A stretch of 64,000 nt of DNA from Eledone cirrhosa (GCA_964016885.1 OZ024746.1:95170001-95234000), one strand, 5' to 3'; positions 1-12,865 are shown, numbered from the stretch's first letter. The notes: generated from the letters alone by a model not told the origin. Numbers and translations are program-made.

Positions 1-1
1 A

Positions 2-622
2 GGCAAAGCACCTAGATGTGATAACAAGTGCAGACTCTGCAGAACTAACATCGAGGCTATCACCCATGTCATCAGCAGCTGTCCAGAGATGTCATCGCGG
101 TACTATCTACCTATGAGGCATGATGTAGTGGCCAAAACACTGTACAATGCAGTTCGTAAAAAGGATAGCCCCTATAATAAACACATTAAAAGCTACAGCA
201 ATGTGGAAGACATCCATGTACATAATATGAAAGGGTACTAGTGGGATGTTCCAGTAAAAACCCCAATAAAATGCAGGCATAACAGACCAGATATTATGAT
301 ATGGGACAGGGAGAAGAAAGTATGCACAGTAGTGGAAATTAGCTGCCCAACAGATGCCAATATAATATCATAGATTAGCGAAAAGGATAATATTTATGCA
401 GAACTGATGAGAAATCTGCAGATACTCCACCCTGATTACACCTTCAGATTTATGCCTGTGATTATTGGGGCACTGGGGTATGTTAGTAACTGCCTCAATA
501 CAAATCTTGAGAAGCTAGGCTTCAGAGGAACAGAAAGAACACAACTAGTTAGGAAACTACAAGTACAATCCATTAATGGAACAGTAAAAATATGTAAAAC
601 ATTCCAAAAAATTTGCATCTAA
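2..622 (+). mobile_element. R4/Dong-like non-LTR retrotransposon, 3' end of ORF (CCHC zinc knuckle plus restriction-like endonuclease), decayed
   Basis: Frame from position 2 reads CRLCRTNIEAITHVISSC...RHDVV...Y*WDVPVKT...HNRPDIMIWDREKKVCTVVEISCP...VIIGALG, i.e. CCHC, RHD and PD-(D/E) motifs, with two in-frame stops. A 3' UTR and (CATA)n follow. Confidence 0.85.
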
Positions 623-811
623 TAACTGCATATACACATGTACAGATACAAAGCATATACACATGCACACATACAACTCAAAACATACACATCCACACAT
701 ACAATAACATCCATATCTACACATGCATACATACTTAATCTACCTAGTTGATGTTGTGTAAATTCCAATGAGAGAGTCTTGTGTCTATGTTAGAAACATA
801 AAACCAGAAGA

Positions 812-1160
812 ACATCCATCCATCCATACATCCATACATACATACATACATACATACATCCATACATACATACATACATACATCCATACATACATCCATA
901 CATACATACATAGTCTACAAATGGCTGCGATAGCTGGCACCTTCAAAATATGCAAAACATTCTTGCGATTCAAGGGATGACAATTTCTTTTCTTTTACAA
1001 CCTTGCCACCAGGAAGGTGGCCGGTCAAAAAAATATACTCGAAATTAAGAGAAAGAGAAAACATACATACATACATACATACATACATACATACATACAT
1101 ACATACATACATACATACATACATACATACATACATACATACATACATACATACATACAT
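812..1160. repeat. (CATA/CATC)n microsatellites
   Basis: Read directly at 812-911 and 1061-1159. Confidence 0.95.
915..1060 (+). mobile_element. Second, heavily 5'-truncated R4/Dong-like 3' end
   Basis: QMAAIAGTFKICKTFLRFKG* resembles the C-terminus QVQSINGTVKICKTFQKICI* of the element at 2-622, and is flanked by (CATA)n on both sides. Confidence 0.7.
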
Positions 1161-2154
1161 TAATTTTATTAAGACTAAATAGTGAATCTTGTTACTCTCT
1201 GAGTTCAAATCGCGCTGAGGTCAACTTTTTTTCCTTTCAAGGTCGATAAAAAAAGTACCAATCTAGTACTGGGGTGGATTCTTCCTCTCTCTGGAAGAAA
1301 TCTGCTTGTCAAACGTTCAGAACGTTATTGGTTGATTGCATCCCTGTTCACGGTGATTTTAAATTAAATTATTATTTTATTTGATTGGTTTATTATATCA
1401 ATATATAGTTTAAATATGTGTGTGTGAGTACTTTCAGGTCTGGATTAATCCCTCAATCTGCTTATTGAGTTGTCAGATTTTTTCCCACCCACCACTTCGC
1501 TCTTATTGCCCCCCCCCCCCCCTCCCCGCCTCCCCACGTATCATATTTTGCTAATCTATCTCCAAAGAACTTTTATTTTAAGTGGTAACATTCCTGTGAC
1601 AATTAATTTTCTTTAGACATTAAAAAACATTTTAAAAACCTGACAAAAGAAGTACATTAACTGAAATCCTATACGTTATAAAATAAATAGGATGCGTCGA
1701 GGCGGGGGGGGGGTCTCAATATGTAAACAAAACGACTAGTTATGGTTTATATGTAAACTAAACGACTAATTCCTCTTCCAGGCTCCTGGGGACTAAGTTA
1801 CAAATTTGATCGCTCTTTCACTCAGCACTACCGTGCACAATCTGGGATGGTGGTCAAAACTGGACCTTGAAACCTTAAGTAATAGCGATTTTTGTTCCGT
1901 GTATGAACATTAAAAATATATATCATAATTTGATATAATACAGCGTTGGCCTTATGTCGCGCCCCAAAAGCGAGAGCTGCCATGTAAAATGTCAACTATT
2001 GGACTCAATGAGTTCCTTAAAATCACAGAAAATGTGATGATGTAAATGATTCCTTTGTTATTTCAATATAATGTTTGTTATTAATACAATACAATGTAAT
2101 ATGTCTACTAAATTGTTTTTAATGCTTTGGTGCGCGACTTGCGACCTACCCTGT

Positions 2155-2460
2155 ATATTATGATATGATATATTATAATATAATATATAATATGATATAA
2201 TATAGTATAATATATAATATAATATATGAAATGATATGATATGATATAATATAATATAATATAATATAATATATGATATAATATATAATATAATATAATA
2301 CTATATTATATTATATTATATATGATATAATATAATACTATATTATATTATATGATATATGATATAGTATAATATATAATATATAATATGATATAATATA
2401 ATATATAATATAATACAATATAATATATAATATAATATAATATAGTATAATATAATATAA
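2155..2460. repeat. (AATAT)n pentanucleotide microsatellite
   Basis: Read directly; abuts a SINE tail. Confidence 0.95.
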
Positions 2461-2812
2461 TTGTTTCTACTTTTGGCACAAGGCCAGCAATTATCCCAGT
2501 GTATTACTGGTACTTTATTTTATCGACCCCGTAAGGATGAAAGGCAAAGTTAACCTCGGCGGGATTTGAACTCAGACCATAAAGGGCCGTAACTCTTTGC
2601 TGCAAAACATGACGTCCGACCCTCTATCGATACAGCCAATATAATTGTTTCTACTTTCGGCACAAGGCCAGCAATTATCCCAGTGTATTACTGGTACTTT
2701 ATTTTATCGACCCCGTAAGGATGAAAGGCAAAGTTAACCTCGGCGGGATTAATGTTTCTACTTTAGGCACAAGGCCAGCAATTACTCCAGTGCGTTACTG
2801 GTACTTTATTTT
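2461..2812 (-). mobile_element. Tandem cluster of tRNA-derived SINE copies (one near full, two partial)
   Basis: Matches the ~185-bp family consensus (head GGTGGATTGGCAGTATCGGTAG, box B GAGTTCAAATCC, core GCCTTTCATCCTTACGGGGTCGATAAAATAAAGTACCAG). Confidence 0.9.
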
Positions 2813-3149
2813 ATATAATATAATATAATATAATATAGCATAACATAATATACCCTTAATCAGATCTGTACAACACCTGCCAGGACAGTCCATCATCTCC
2901 ATCGATTGGAAATGAAAGACAGCCCTACGTGTGTGATTGTGGGAACCCTAGCCAGACTGTACTGCATTTTATTTGGGATTGACCCCTCAAATGTTTTCCC
3001 AGCGGTAATCCATAATGCTGCAAATGCTGCCTTGGTCTGGCACGCCAGTCTTAACCTGCTTCTCTAGCTACCGTGTATATGTTATACTACAAGAAGATTA
3101 ACAATATGATAAGGAAAGGGTTAACCTTTCGTTTTTATATTTCTAATGA

Positions 3150-3292
3150 TTGTCGGTGGATTGACAGTATCGGTAGAGGGGTCGGACGCCATGCGAGGTT
3201 AAGTTTACCTTTCATCCTTACGGGGTCGATAAAATATAGTACTAGTAATGCACTGGGTAATTGCTGGCCTTGTGCCAAAAGTAGAAACAATT
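3150..3292 (+). mobile_element. tRNA-derived SINE, internally deleted
   Basis: Family head is joined directly to the core and 3' end. Confidence 0.85.
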
Positions 3293-3349
3293 ATATTTCT
3301 AATGAAAGACACTGCTAATGATTTTCAAATAATTTTAAGTGTTTAGAAA

Positions 3350-3710
3350 AAATGGAGGAGTTGGAATAAGTAAGGCGGTTGGAAAACCGGTAATTTTTCT
3401 AGGTTGTCTCCCTTGATCTTTTTAAAAACCAGAATTAGTCATTTAGTTTACATATTGCGATCCCAACCCCTCCCATTTATTTTATAACGTATGACAATTC
3501 TAGTAATATATTTTTTGATCAAGTATGATGTTTTTTTAATGTATTAAAAAAATTCATTGTCGCAGGAATGCTACCACTTAAAATAAAATTTTGGCGGAGA
3601 TAGATTAGTAAAATGAGGGTATTGGTGAAATAAGAGCAGGAGATGGAAAAATTTTTTAAATTGACAAGCAGGGAAGGGGGGGGGGGGGCATTATTCGAAA
3701 CCCGAGAATA
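3350..3710. mobile_element. Tc1/mariner-type MITE, partial (same family as 57603-58002)
   Basis: Shares AAAACCAGAATTAG...TTTAGTTTACAT...TTTATTTTATAACG and the terminal ATTATTCGAAACCCGAGAATA with the 57.6-kb copy. Confidence 0.7.
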
Positions 3711-4121
3711 TCTGTAATTCAAAGAGCCAGCCATGTCACAAATTGTGACACACTGAATCTCCCTGCGAATTACGTTAAAGCTACACGTATCTTACACGTT
3801 TATTTCATTGGCAGGCTGTTCCGTTGATCGAAACACTTAAACACTGATCGTTGAAACCGACGGAGGTCCATTAGTCGATCGACTACTACCGGACATTTTG
3901 AAAAAAAAATTGAATAAAAAATTGAAAATAAAATGATATATGCGCAGGGGGTATAACTTAGAAGATTACAATTAAAAGTAATCTCCCTTGAAATTTTAAT
4001 TTCTAGCGATTAAATTTTGTATACAGTTGAAAGGTTTCCTTTTAATGCTCTTATATTATTTTGCTTATGTGAGTATATATATATTTATATATATATATAT
4101 ATATTCATATATATATATATA

Positions 4122-4159
<38 letters not shown>

Positions 4160-4160
<1 letters not shown>

Positions 4161-4740
4161 TAAAATAACAGATTAAAGTTTAAGCAAAGAATCGCTGCTT
4201 TCACCCTTAACGGGATCTTCTGAAACTAACAAAGTCAATCTGTAAACGCAGAACTGGATATTTCAAAAAACGTTGCAACCGGAGGAATACAGGAAGACGA
4301 TACTGTGGTTCGTGGAAACGTTCGCTGGCAAAGAACGGGAAAAAAACGAATATAATACGTCATTAATAGGAGCGGTGAAAAACAATTACGCGCAAAGACA
4401 GAACCACGTTTATGGTATAAAAGAGGTCGTAGACTAATGTTCTCTTAGGTGGTGCATAGAGACGTTCTCTGGCAATGAACGAAAAAACGAAGATAATACG
4501 TCATATGTGGAGCGTGGAGAACAATAGCACGCAAAGACAAAACCACGTAAATGGTATAGCAGAAGTCGTAGACTAAAATTCAAACAAGGAGACCGAATGA
4601 TTCTCCGCTACAGAGTTAAGAACAAAGTAAATAAAAACAATACAGAAGTAATAGAAATAAATAAATACATACACGCAAACAAATACGTACATACACGAGC
4701 ATACGTAAAAACTTACCATTTTTAGTCTTCAAATTTATTA
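4160..4740 (-). repeat. Dispersed repeat with an internal ~130-bp duplication; inverted copy at about 29470-29660
   Basis: 4262-4420 is the reverse complement of about 29490-29650. Confidence 0.75.
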
Positions 4741-4922
4741 TTATTACTATATGGAGATGCAGGATATGGCAGCGATAATGAGGGACAGAGACCGCTGGAG
4801 AGAACTCGTCCATGGATCTCGGGAATTTTACCCGCCTTAGATAGATAGATAGATAGATATATATATATCGTCCCATGGACTGAGTGCTCTACCACTACGG
4901 ATATTACCTTCCAGTGTTCCAC

Positions 4923-4959
<37 letters not shown>

Positions 4960-4962
<3 letters not shown>

Positions 4963-5354
4963 GAGGGCAATCCCAAAAGTAAGGTCTCCTTCCGATATTG
5001 CAACTTTTCCGTTAAAATCCTGTGGATGATGCTTCGGGAAACATCAGGAACCAAAATGCAGAGAGCATCCAGAGTGATCCGCCGATCTTTACGCATGTTT
5101 TCCTCGGAAGAAGACCTTACTTTTGGGATTGCCCTCGTATATAATAACTGCGCGAAATTCGCACTTGGCAGTAGCGTTCAACGGGAGCTCCATTCTCAAC
5201 GGCTGCCAAGCCAAGATTGAGCATCCCAGCGAAGCGCGCGTATGCTTGTTTGGGAGTGAAGGAAGCACCAATCACAACAGTGTTGCCAACAGCCGTACGA
5301 ACAGTTTCTCTGCGTCCCCATCGCTTTGGAGACCTTACTTTTGGGATTGCCCTC

Positions 5355-5358
<4 letters not shown>
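4960..5358 (-). mobile_element. Mariner deletion derivative with one left and two right TIRs
   Basis: TA-CGAGGGCAATCCCAAAAGTAAGGTCT at 4960, with reverse complements ending at about 5139 and 5358. The internal minus-strand peptide RKDRRITLDALCILVPDVSRSIIHRILTEKLQYRK resembles a mariner transposase HTH. Inserted in (TA)n. Confidence 0.85.
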
Positions 5359-5405
<47 letters not shown>

Positions 5406-5414
5406 CATATATAT

Positions 5415-7000
5415 AACTTTGATTTTGATAACTTTGATAGATTTCGGCCAGTATTGGCCCAGGCCATGTCTAACTTAATAGCACCACCTGGCGAAGTCTT
5501 TCAAATCAGGATTTGGACACCATGGCCCACTCAAGTAGGTAGTTTTAATGTTTACGAAGAAATATCCGGATGTAAGAGGTTTATCCGGGATTTCTTGAAG
5601 GAATTTGTCCAAAATTTCTTGAACTTTATGGGGTCTGTTTCTGTTTTAATGTGTTTTGATGTAATGTTAAAGAGAGCGGGATCAATTGAGGTAAAATATA
5701 ATTGTGCTGTATTGTTATGAGATGCAAGTGTGATTTTTGTTGTGGGCAGATAGTAAGGAGCCCAAGCCTTGGGTGTAGTTTAAAGGTGATGCCAACATCA
5801 TTTGAACAATGCTGATGTAATATTTTCCACATCATACAGATAATGTAGCGCTCACGGCGTCGTTGGAGAGAATAAAGGTTAAGCTTTTCTAGTCGACTCC
5901 AATAGTCAAGGCCTGACATGCCATCTATCTTTTTTGTGATTGACTTTTGAGGAGCTTCAACTTTCATGATACTTTGTTTCATGTGGGGAGACCACAGTAT
6001 TCAAGGGGGAGTCGAGCAAAAGTGGGGAAGAGAAGGATAATAGTATGGGTATCTCTCGACTGGAAAGTTCTGAGAATCCACGAACACATTCTGCAGGCCA
6101 TGTCAGCTTTGCTGTTTATATGAGTGGCCCAGCTTATGTAGTTTCATCTGAAGGAAGGGAGTATGGGAGTTTCGGTGCATCCTCTTTTCCAAAGATGATT
6201 AACTCAAATTTATCCTCGTTCAGCAGCATTTTGTTCTTTTCTGCCCATTGGATAACAGCCAGTATATCTGATTGACGGTGATGCCATTGATGACCTTCTG
6301 GAGCTTGGAATCATTCTGTAAAGATTCTTATGTGCTTCATGATGTCAGTAATGTCATTAGTGTAAATAATGGAGAAGTGGGCCCAACACAGTGCCTTGTG
6401 GTACGTTACTACTGACTTTGGCTGGGCTGGATGTACTCCTTCGACTACATGCTGGGCTCTGTTTAACAGGAGACACTTGATCCATTGTTGCAACTTTCCA
6501 GTGACACCAATGTTGGATAGTTTTTTCAGGAGAATATTGTCATCAACCCTGTCGAAGGCCTTGCTGAAATCAAGTTAGATAACATCAGTGTTGGAGCCCT
6601 CTCCTAAAGCTTTCAAAATGTCATCAAAATGATGCAGTAGCTGCGTTAAGCAATCCCTTCCATTACGGAATCAATGTTGGTTGGAGTTCAGCAGATTGTT
6701 GCTTTCAAGAAAGACAGTTTTTCGTGATCTTACCACCCTCTCAAATACCTTAATGATATGAGAGGTGAGAAAGATCGGACGGTAATTCACGGCAAGGGAC
6801 TTGTTTCCCATTTTGAAAACTGGGACAACAGACTGGGATAGAAGGTTTTCTGGTATATAGCCAGCGTTCAGCGAGTTCCTCCACAGAATAGTAAGAGGAG
6901 ATGCAAATTGGTGTCGACACACCTTCAGGACACAAGAAGGGAACCTATCGGGGCCTACTGCTGAAGTGTGTTTAGTTTCGTTTATTGCCGCTAAGACATC
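5415..7000 (-). mobile_element. CR1-group LINE RT/3' fragment, decayed
   Basis: Minus-strand peptides VVPVFKMGNKSLAVNYRPIFLTSHIIKVFERV, YLDFSKAFDRVD and RLEKLNLYSLQRRRERYII, with many frameshifts. Confidence 0.88.
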
Positions 7001-7109
7001 AAGGGTGCCAAACGTTATGTCCGATATAGTGTGTTGGGATTAACATCACTGATACAGCCCATATCAGCCATATCAGGATTGCTAAAAACAGACCAATATT
7101 GTTTTTGCA

Positions 7110-7462
7110 GTATCTCACGCAGTGGAGATGAAATGCTTTAGGAGAATCCTGAGAATCTCCTACACAGAGCATATCCCGAACGGGGAAGTCTGCAAAAGAA
7201 TCACCCAGCATGTGAGCGACTTGGAAGATCTGCTGACCACGGTGAAGAGGAAGAAGCTGAGGTCGTATGGACATGTAACAAGATCAGGGAACAGTGCGGG
7301 CGAAGAGAAAGCGAGGCAGACAGAGGAAGTGGTGGACTGATAACATAGCTGAGTGGACAGGAAAAAACTTTGTCACAAAGAGATGGGGGGCAGTTGGTGT
7401 AACGTTCGACAGTGCAGGGCCCCAAAGACCCCAAAAAGGGTTAGGAGACCATGATAATGATA
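7110..7462 (+). mobile_element. RTE-clade LINE 3' fragment
   Basis: EMKCFRRILRISYTEHIPN...VKRKKLRSYGHVTR...KRKRGRQRKWWTDNIAEW. Confidence 0.85.
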
Positions 7463-7464
7463 AT

Positions 7465-7820
7465 CGTTTCTACTTTTGGCACAAAGCCAGCAAATACCCA
7501 GTGTATTACTGGTACTTTATTTTATCGACCCCGTAAGGATAAAAGGCAAAGTTAACCCCCGGCCGTAAAGGGCCATAACTCTATGCGTCAAAACATAGCG
7601 TCCGACCCTCTATCGATACTGCCAATCCACCACCCATTAGAGTTTCTATTTTTGGCACAAGGCCAGCTATTACCCAGTGCATTACTGGTACTTTATTTTA
7701 TCGACCCCGTAAGAATGAAAGGCAAAGTTAACCTCGGCGGGATTTGAACTCAGACCATAAAGGGGCATAACTCTATGCTGGAAGGCATGGCGTCCGACCC
7801 TCTAACGATACTGCCAATCG
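7465..7820 (-). mobile_element. Two tandem tRNA-derived SINE copies
   Basis: Match the family consensus. Confidence 0.9.
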
Positions 7821-7926
7821 AAGTTGTACCTGCCATATGTCAGGTACTAATCGAGTTGTTTGATATATATATATAATATATAATTAAATAGAAATTTGTT
7901 TAATAAACTTTATTCCATATCAATTA

Positions 7927-8246
7927 TCTATATATTACCAAAAGTCTGTGATTGCTTGCTCGTCTGTAATGTAATACAGCCAAACGGGCGCATAATGGGG
8001 AAATACTTTGAAAGGAAGTTGCCCCTGAATTGGGAATACAAATGGAATAAAACAAGTTTCGTGTAAATCGAAGCATGGCCTCCCGAGATATGGGGTTTTC
8101 TGGGTACCTTCATAAACAGAGAAAGAGACGGATAGAGAGAAAGAGATAGTTGTTGTGAGAGAGTAGATTGAAAGAGAGAGATAGAGAGAGGGAGAGGAGG
8201 GAGAGAAGGAGAATGAAAGAGAGAGAGAGTTGGAAGTGTTGTTGTG

Positions 8247-8308
<62 letters not shown>

Positions 8309-8417
8309 ACCAGTGTATATAGATCACAGACACCCACATATATATACACACACATACATATATATATATGTATAGTACTAATATTTTCGAAACACACACA
8401 CATTTATATACACACAC

Positions 8418-8485
<68 letters not shown>

Positions 8486-8635
8486 GTATATGTATATATA
8501 TGGGCCTTCCAGTTTCATTTTACATTATATACATGTCTGTGTATATTTAAATTATATAAAATTATTTCTAAGTGAACGGGATTTTTTTTTAATATTTTGA
8601 AGTGAACGTGACCCAACGGGTAACGGGTGGTCTAG
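7927..8635 (+). mobile_element. Putative non-autonomous Helitron-like element carrying microsatellites
   Basis: Begins A|TCTATATATT (7926|7927) and ends with the hairpin ACCC...GGGT (8611-8628) then CTAG|T (8632-8636). Contains (GA)n, (GT)n and (TA)n. Confidence 0.6.
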
Positions 8636-9054
8636 TACTAAATACAAATTTTTACTGCGAAAATACGAAAACGTGACTGCGAATGTGTGGCTAACTTTGA
8701 AAAGTAGCGTTTGTTGTGATGAAGGCCTGGAATTTGGAAGTTTGATATTCACGTAATTATTACAAAACTGAACTTTAATTTCTTTATTATATTAACTATT
8801 TCAATGTTTATCTAAGCAATATGATTTATAAATGAATATATCTATCAACCTGACGCGTGGAACATCGCCGGTAAGCTTTTTTGTAAATTTCTATACAAAA
8901 AACTGGACTAATTGTTTGAAAAAACATATCATTTTGTAGATTAACCCCCAAGCTGAATTGTCAGCTGGGCAGTAATCCCATTTTTCGCCCCTAAAAGGGC
9001 GAAAATTTAATTTAAACATTGTTAAAAAAAATCAAATTTTGCCGACTATAAAAA

Positions 9055-9618
9055 ATGAGTGACTCGGAAAGAAGACCGAGGAATGTTAAGAGAGAGAAGA
9101 GAGGTAGAAAGGCAGATATTAACGTTATATCTGCTTCTGCCACCATGGACGTTGTCATGGATACGACTGTCAACAAAGAAAAAATAATATTGTCACTTGA
9201 ACATTTTAAAATTTCTACCGTCGAAGCGGAGAAAAATAAAACACAACATACACAGAAAACAGAAATTAAACCTATTCATATACATACACATGAAAAAGCC
9301 AACTCCATGGATACATCTACAGATAAAATTTCACCTCGTCAAGAAATTGAGATTTCTAACACAGAAGCTGACAACAACAACAACACCACACAAAAAATGT
9401 CTTTCGCTGAAACAGTGAACAAGAAACAAGATTTTATAAATCTTGACATCTCTAATTCAAGGGATATGCTCCAGCAAGGGAGAAAATTAGTAATTTTCGA
9501 AGACAAGGGTGGGTTTAGAATCAACTCACCCCTCAAAATAAAAGAAGAGACGGTTCGAAGGAGAAAGCCAGTATTTGTGAGTCAAGGAGTGCCAAAAGAA
9601 ATGAAACAAACAAATTAA
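9055..9618 (+). other. 187-aa ORF, possibly a LINE ORF1-like remnant
   Basis: Long non-repetitive ORF with AAAATG context, a basic low-complexity N-terminus and SFAETV, resembling the SYA/SFA motif of L1/Tx1-type ORF1. No decisive domain. Confidence 0.3.
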
Positions 9619-10066
9619 GATCTGTAAGAGAAGACACGGTCCAGTGGCTGAAGTGAGAAGCCAGGCCGCGGTAATGTTTGTTGTTACAAGAGAACTAGTT
9701 TATTAAAAAAGAAGCGGGAATTTCTCCATTTGGGCGGAAGTTGAGATACATATCCTTACACTGATAGCGATTGGCTTAACTCAGCCAAACAACGTATGGA
9801 AAGGGTATCAATGCGCCAAAGGAAAGTAGCTTGCTACAATTTTATATACAGTTTATTGATATTCATTATTGTTAAAGATTTTTAAAGGTTGACTTTGCCT
9901 TTTATCCTTACGGGGTCGATAAAATAAAGTACCAGTAATGCACTGGGTAATTGTTGACCTTGTGCCTAAAGTAAAAACAATTATTGTTAAAGATTTTTTA
10001 TCTAAAAACCCTGCCTTCACGTCTTGTAATGTCCCATTTTTGTATGCCCTTGTAACAAATAAAGAA

Positions 10067-10112
<46 letters not shown>

Positions 10113-10329
10113 TCTTCCTGCTATTTCAAGCGTTAACCTAATATATTCCTTCAATATACTGTACCGATTGTGTTGTTATTTCTGTTTACCTTTTACATAT
10201 ATATATAGTGATGTTTGTGGTGGTGGTGGGTTTAATCATATTATTTTGTTTCATGGCTATATTTAAATATATATTTTAAACTTTTATTTACTTATTCTTC
10301 AACATGTATAAAAATATTATAATATAATT

Positions 10330-11050
10330 CATTACACAATAATGATAAAGGAAAGAAAGGAGGTGAAGGCAATTCACCACCAAGTGCGACAATTGGCCAC
10401 ACCTCACACCTTAGGGGTTAACTACACACTTTGAGGTAAGCCAACATACTCACAGCATTACCATGAGTTATGGCAAAGCTAAGACACTGAAAACCAGGCA
10501 CCCTCACAGCCATTACCTGACACCTCAGTAAGGTGAGCCGCCAGTGATAAGAACTTTGCTGTCAGAGGCCCAACTCCACCAAACATCTCAAATGCCACAG
10601 GCTGGAAAAAATTATTATTTGATAAATCCAAGTATTTCTAAATTTTGTTCCATTCATCACCCCCACATTCACCACTGTGCCCATGATGTGGGAGGGAGCA
10701 AAAGAGTCACTGACTGTGACGTCCCAAATGATGATACCTACCTCTCATCCAGGGAAGGGTAAAACCGACTGGTCTCTTCCCATCACTTCTGGATAAACCA
10801 GCCGGCTCCAGAACTGTGAGGATATTAACTTGAGCCAGGGCCCGTTTGATGATCAGGTTTAGCTCGGTGTGACGGGCAAAATGACCAGCATTCAGGCAGC
10901 AGGACAAACCATGTAAACCTCTGGAGTTGAGGGGCCTACCACAGCAGCATCTCAGACCCCAACAGACCAGCTCCAACTCAAAGTGCAATGGAGACACGGA
11001 GTTCATGCTAAGAAGGCCACCAATGTCGGCAGATGGTCTGCCAGAAAGCT
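10330..11050 (-). mobile_element. CRE-like non-LTR retrotransposon 3' fragment (zinc finger plus REL endonuclease)
   Basis: CCCGRPLNSRGLHGLSC...ARHTELNLIIKRAL...EPAGLSRSDGKRP.G.TLPW..G. Confidence 0.85.
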
Positions 11051-11514
11051 TTATTTGCTGATCTGATTCCAGCTTAATCCCAAAGTCCTCCTATGTCTTA
11101 ACTTTAGATGCTTTTACTGTCTCTGCTGCAATTTTTCATGCCTGCTTGTACTACAAGTGCAAAAAGGAGGACTTATTTCCAAGCCAAACTTTGTAAAATA
11201 AGTTGGATTACTTTGAATAAATAATGAATGAATATTACATAATTTATCTACTAAATTTCGTAGCTTTTGATTAAATATATTTTATTGCTTATTTAAAGAT
11301 TTACTTCTTCAAAATTTTCAAATGTCAACACTTCCAGTTAGCGATCGCTTAAATAAACATTCATATATTTCCGTCGCTTTTTTTTTCCTAATGCAGTTTA
11401 TATATAATATCGTCTTATTTTAATGTATCATGGATTACGTTACTGATTACATAAGACAGTGTAAGACAGTCTTCGTTCAATTTCTGTGCATATTGTCAAT
11501 TACGATTTTATTTG

Positions 11515-12029
11515 ATGCATCATATCTACATGTATATATACTTGCATATAATATCAATATACACACTACACATGCATCATATCTACATGTATATATACTT
11601 GCATATAATATCAATATACACACTACACATGTATCATATCTACATGTATATATACTTGCGTATAATATCAATATACACACTACACATGCATCATATCTAC
11701 ATGTATATATACTTGCATATAATATCAATATACACACTACACATGTATCATATCTACATGTATATATACTTGCATATAATATCAATATACACACTACACA
11801 TGCATCATATCTACATGTATATATACTTACGTATAATATCAATATACACACTACACATGTATCATATCTACATGTATATATACTTGCGTATAATATCAAT
11901 ATACACACTACACATGCATCATATCTACATGCGTATATATACTTGCATATAATATCAATATACACACTACACATGTATCATATCTACATGTATATATACT
12001 TGCATATAATATCAATATACACACTACAC
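11515..12029. repeat. 57-bp minisatellite, about 9 copies
   Basis: Unit CATGYATCATATCTACATGTATATATACTTGCATATAATATCAATATACACACTACA. Confidence 0.95.
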
Positions 12030-12433
12030 AGACTAGCAGAAAACCACCCAATGGGTATTTTTTCTGCTAGTTAATATAATGAAAATTTCTCATTCCATCA
12101 AGATTTAATGATTTGTTGAAGCTGTTGGGTTTATTTATGTTGCTGGAACTAAATGATGAAATAACAAAAAAGTTTGGCAAGACAATTATGGCTGCTTGTT
12201 TCCAGGTGGCAGCTGGGAAATGTTTAATTCAGTCACTGAATTAAAGGTTTGTTGTATTTATTACCATGGTGTCTTGTCTCACATACCACTACTTTAAAAT
12301 TACATACTAGATAATAGAATCTTAAACACATCTTTCTCATATCACACATTACTATTTTAAAAGGACATTAGACAATACAGTCTTAAACACATCTTTCTTA
12401 TATCGTACTCTACTGATTTAAGACAAAACGAGC

Positions 12434-12610
12434 TTAACCCTTTATCATTTACATTACTCTATATTTACTATTGTATTTTCACGGTAAACGCCTCATTTCA
12501 CATAATATCAAATCTACGAGAGTTTGATATTATTTATTTTGAGAACAATACCTTAACATCAGTATGAGCAGCTGGTTGTGGCTGGTTTGAACAGAAAGAG
12601 GTGAGAGGAT
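12434..12610. mobile_element. piggyBac-type MITE, partial
   Basis: Starts TTAACCCTTTA and matches the full copies at 55597 and 58376. Confidence 0.8.
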
Positions 12611-12682
12611 ATAGTTCTCAGATTCAGTAAACCTTTTGACCATGTTTGGTACACAAATAATCTGTCAGAACTACTCTTAATA

Positions 12683-12865
12683 CCGAGGGACTGACTGTAG
12701 AAGTCAGCAGTAATATAGTAAGTAAGGCAATCAAGGATATGAAGACAGGCAAGGCAGCTGGACCTTTAGGTTCCAGTTGAGATGTTGAAAGCATCTGGGA
12801 TGGTGGGTCACACCACAGTCACCCATATTGTAAACCTAATAATATAAAATGGCTCTATACCCAGT
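12683..12865 (+). mobile_element. RTE RT fragment between 55-bp inverted repeats
   Basis: EGLTVEVSSNIVSKAIKDMKTGKAAGP is similar to the RTE at about 40980-41060. IR arms at 12628-12682 and 12881-12935. Confidence 0.8.
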
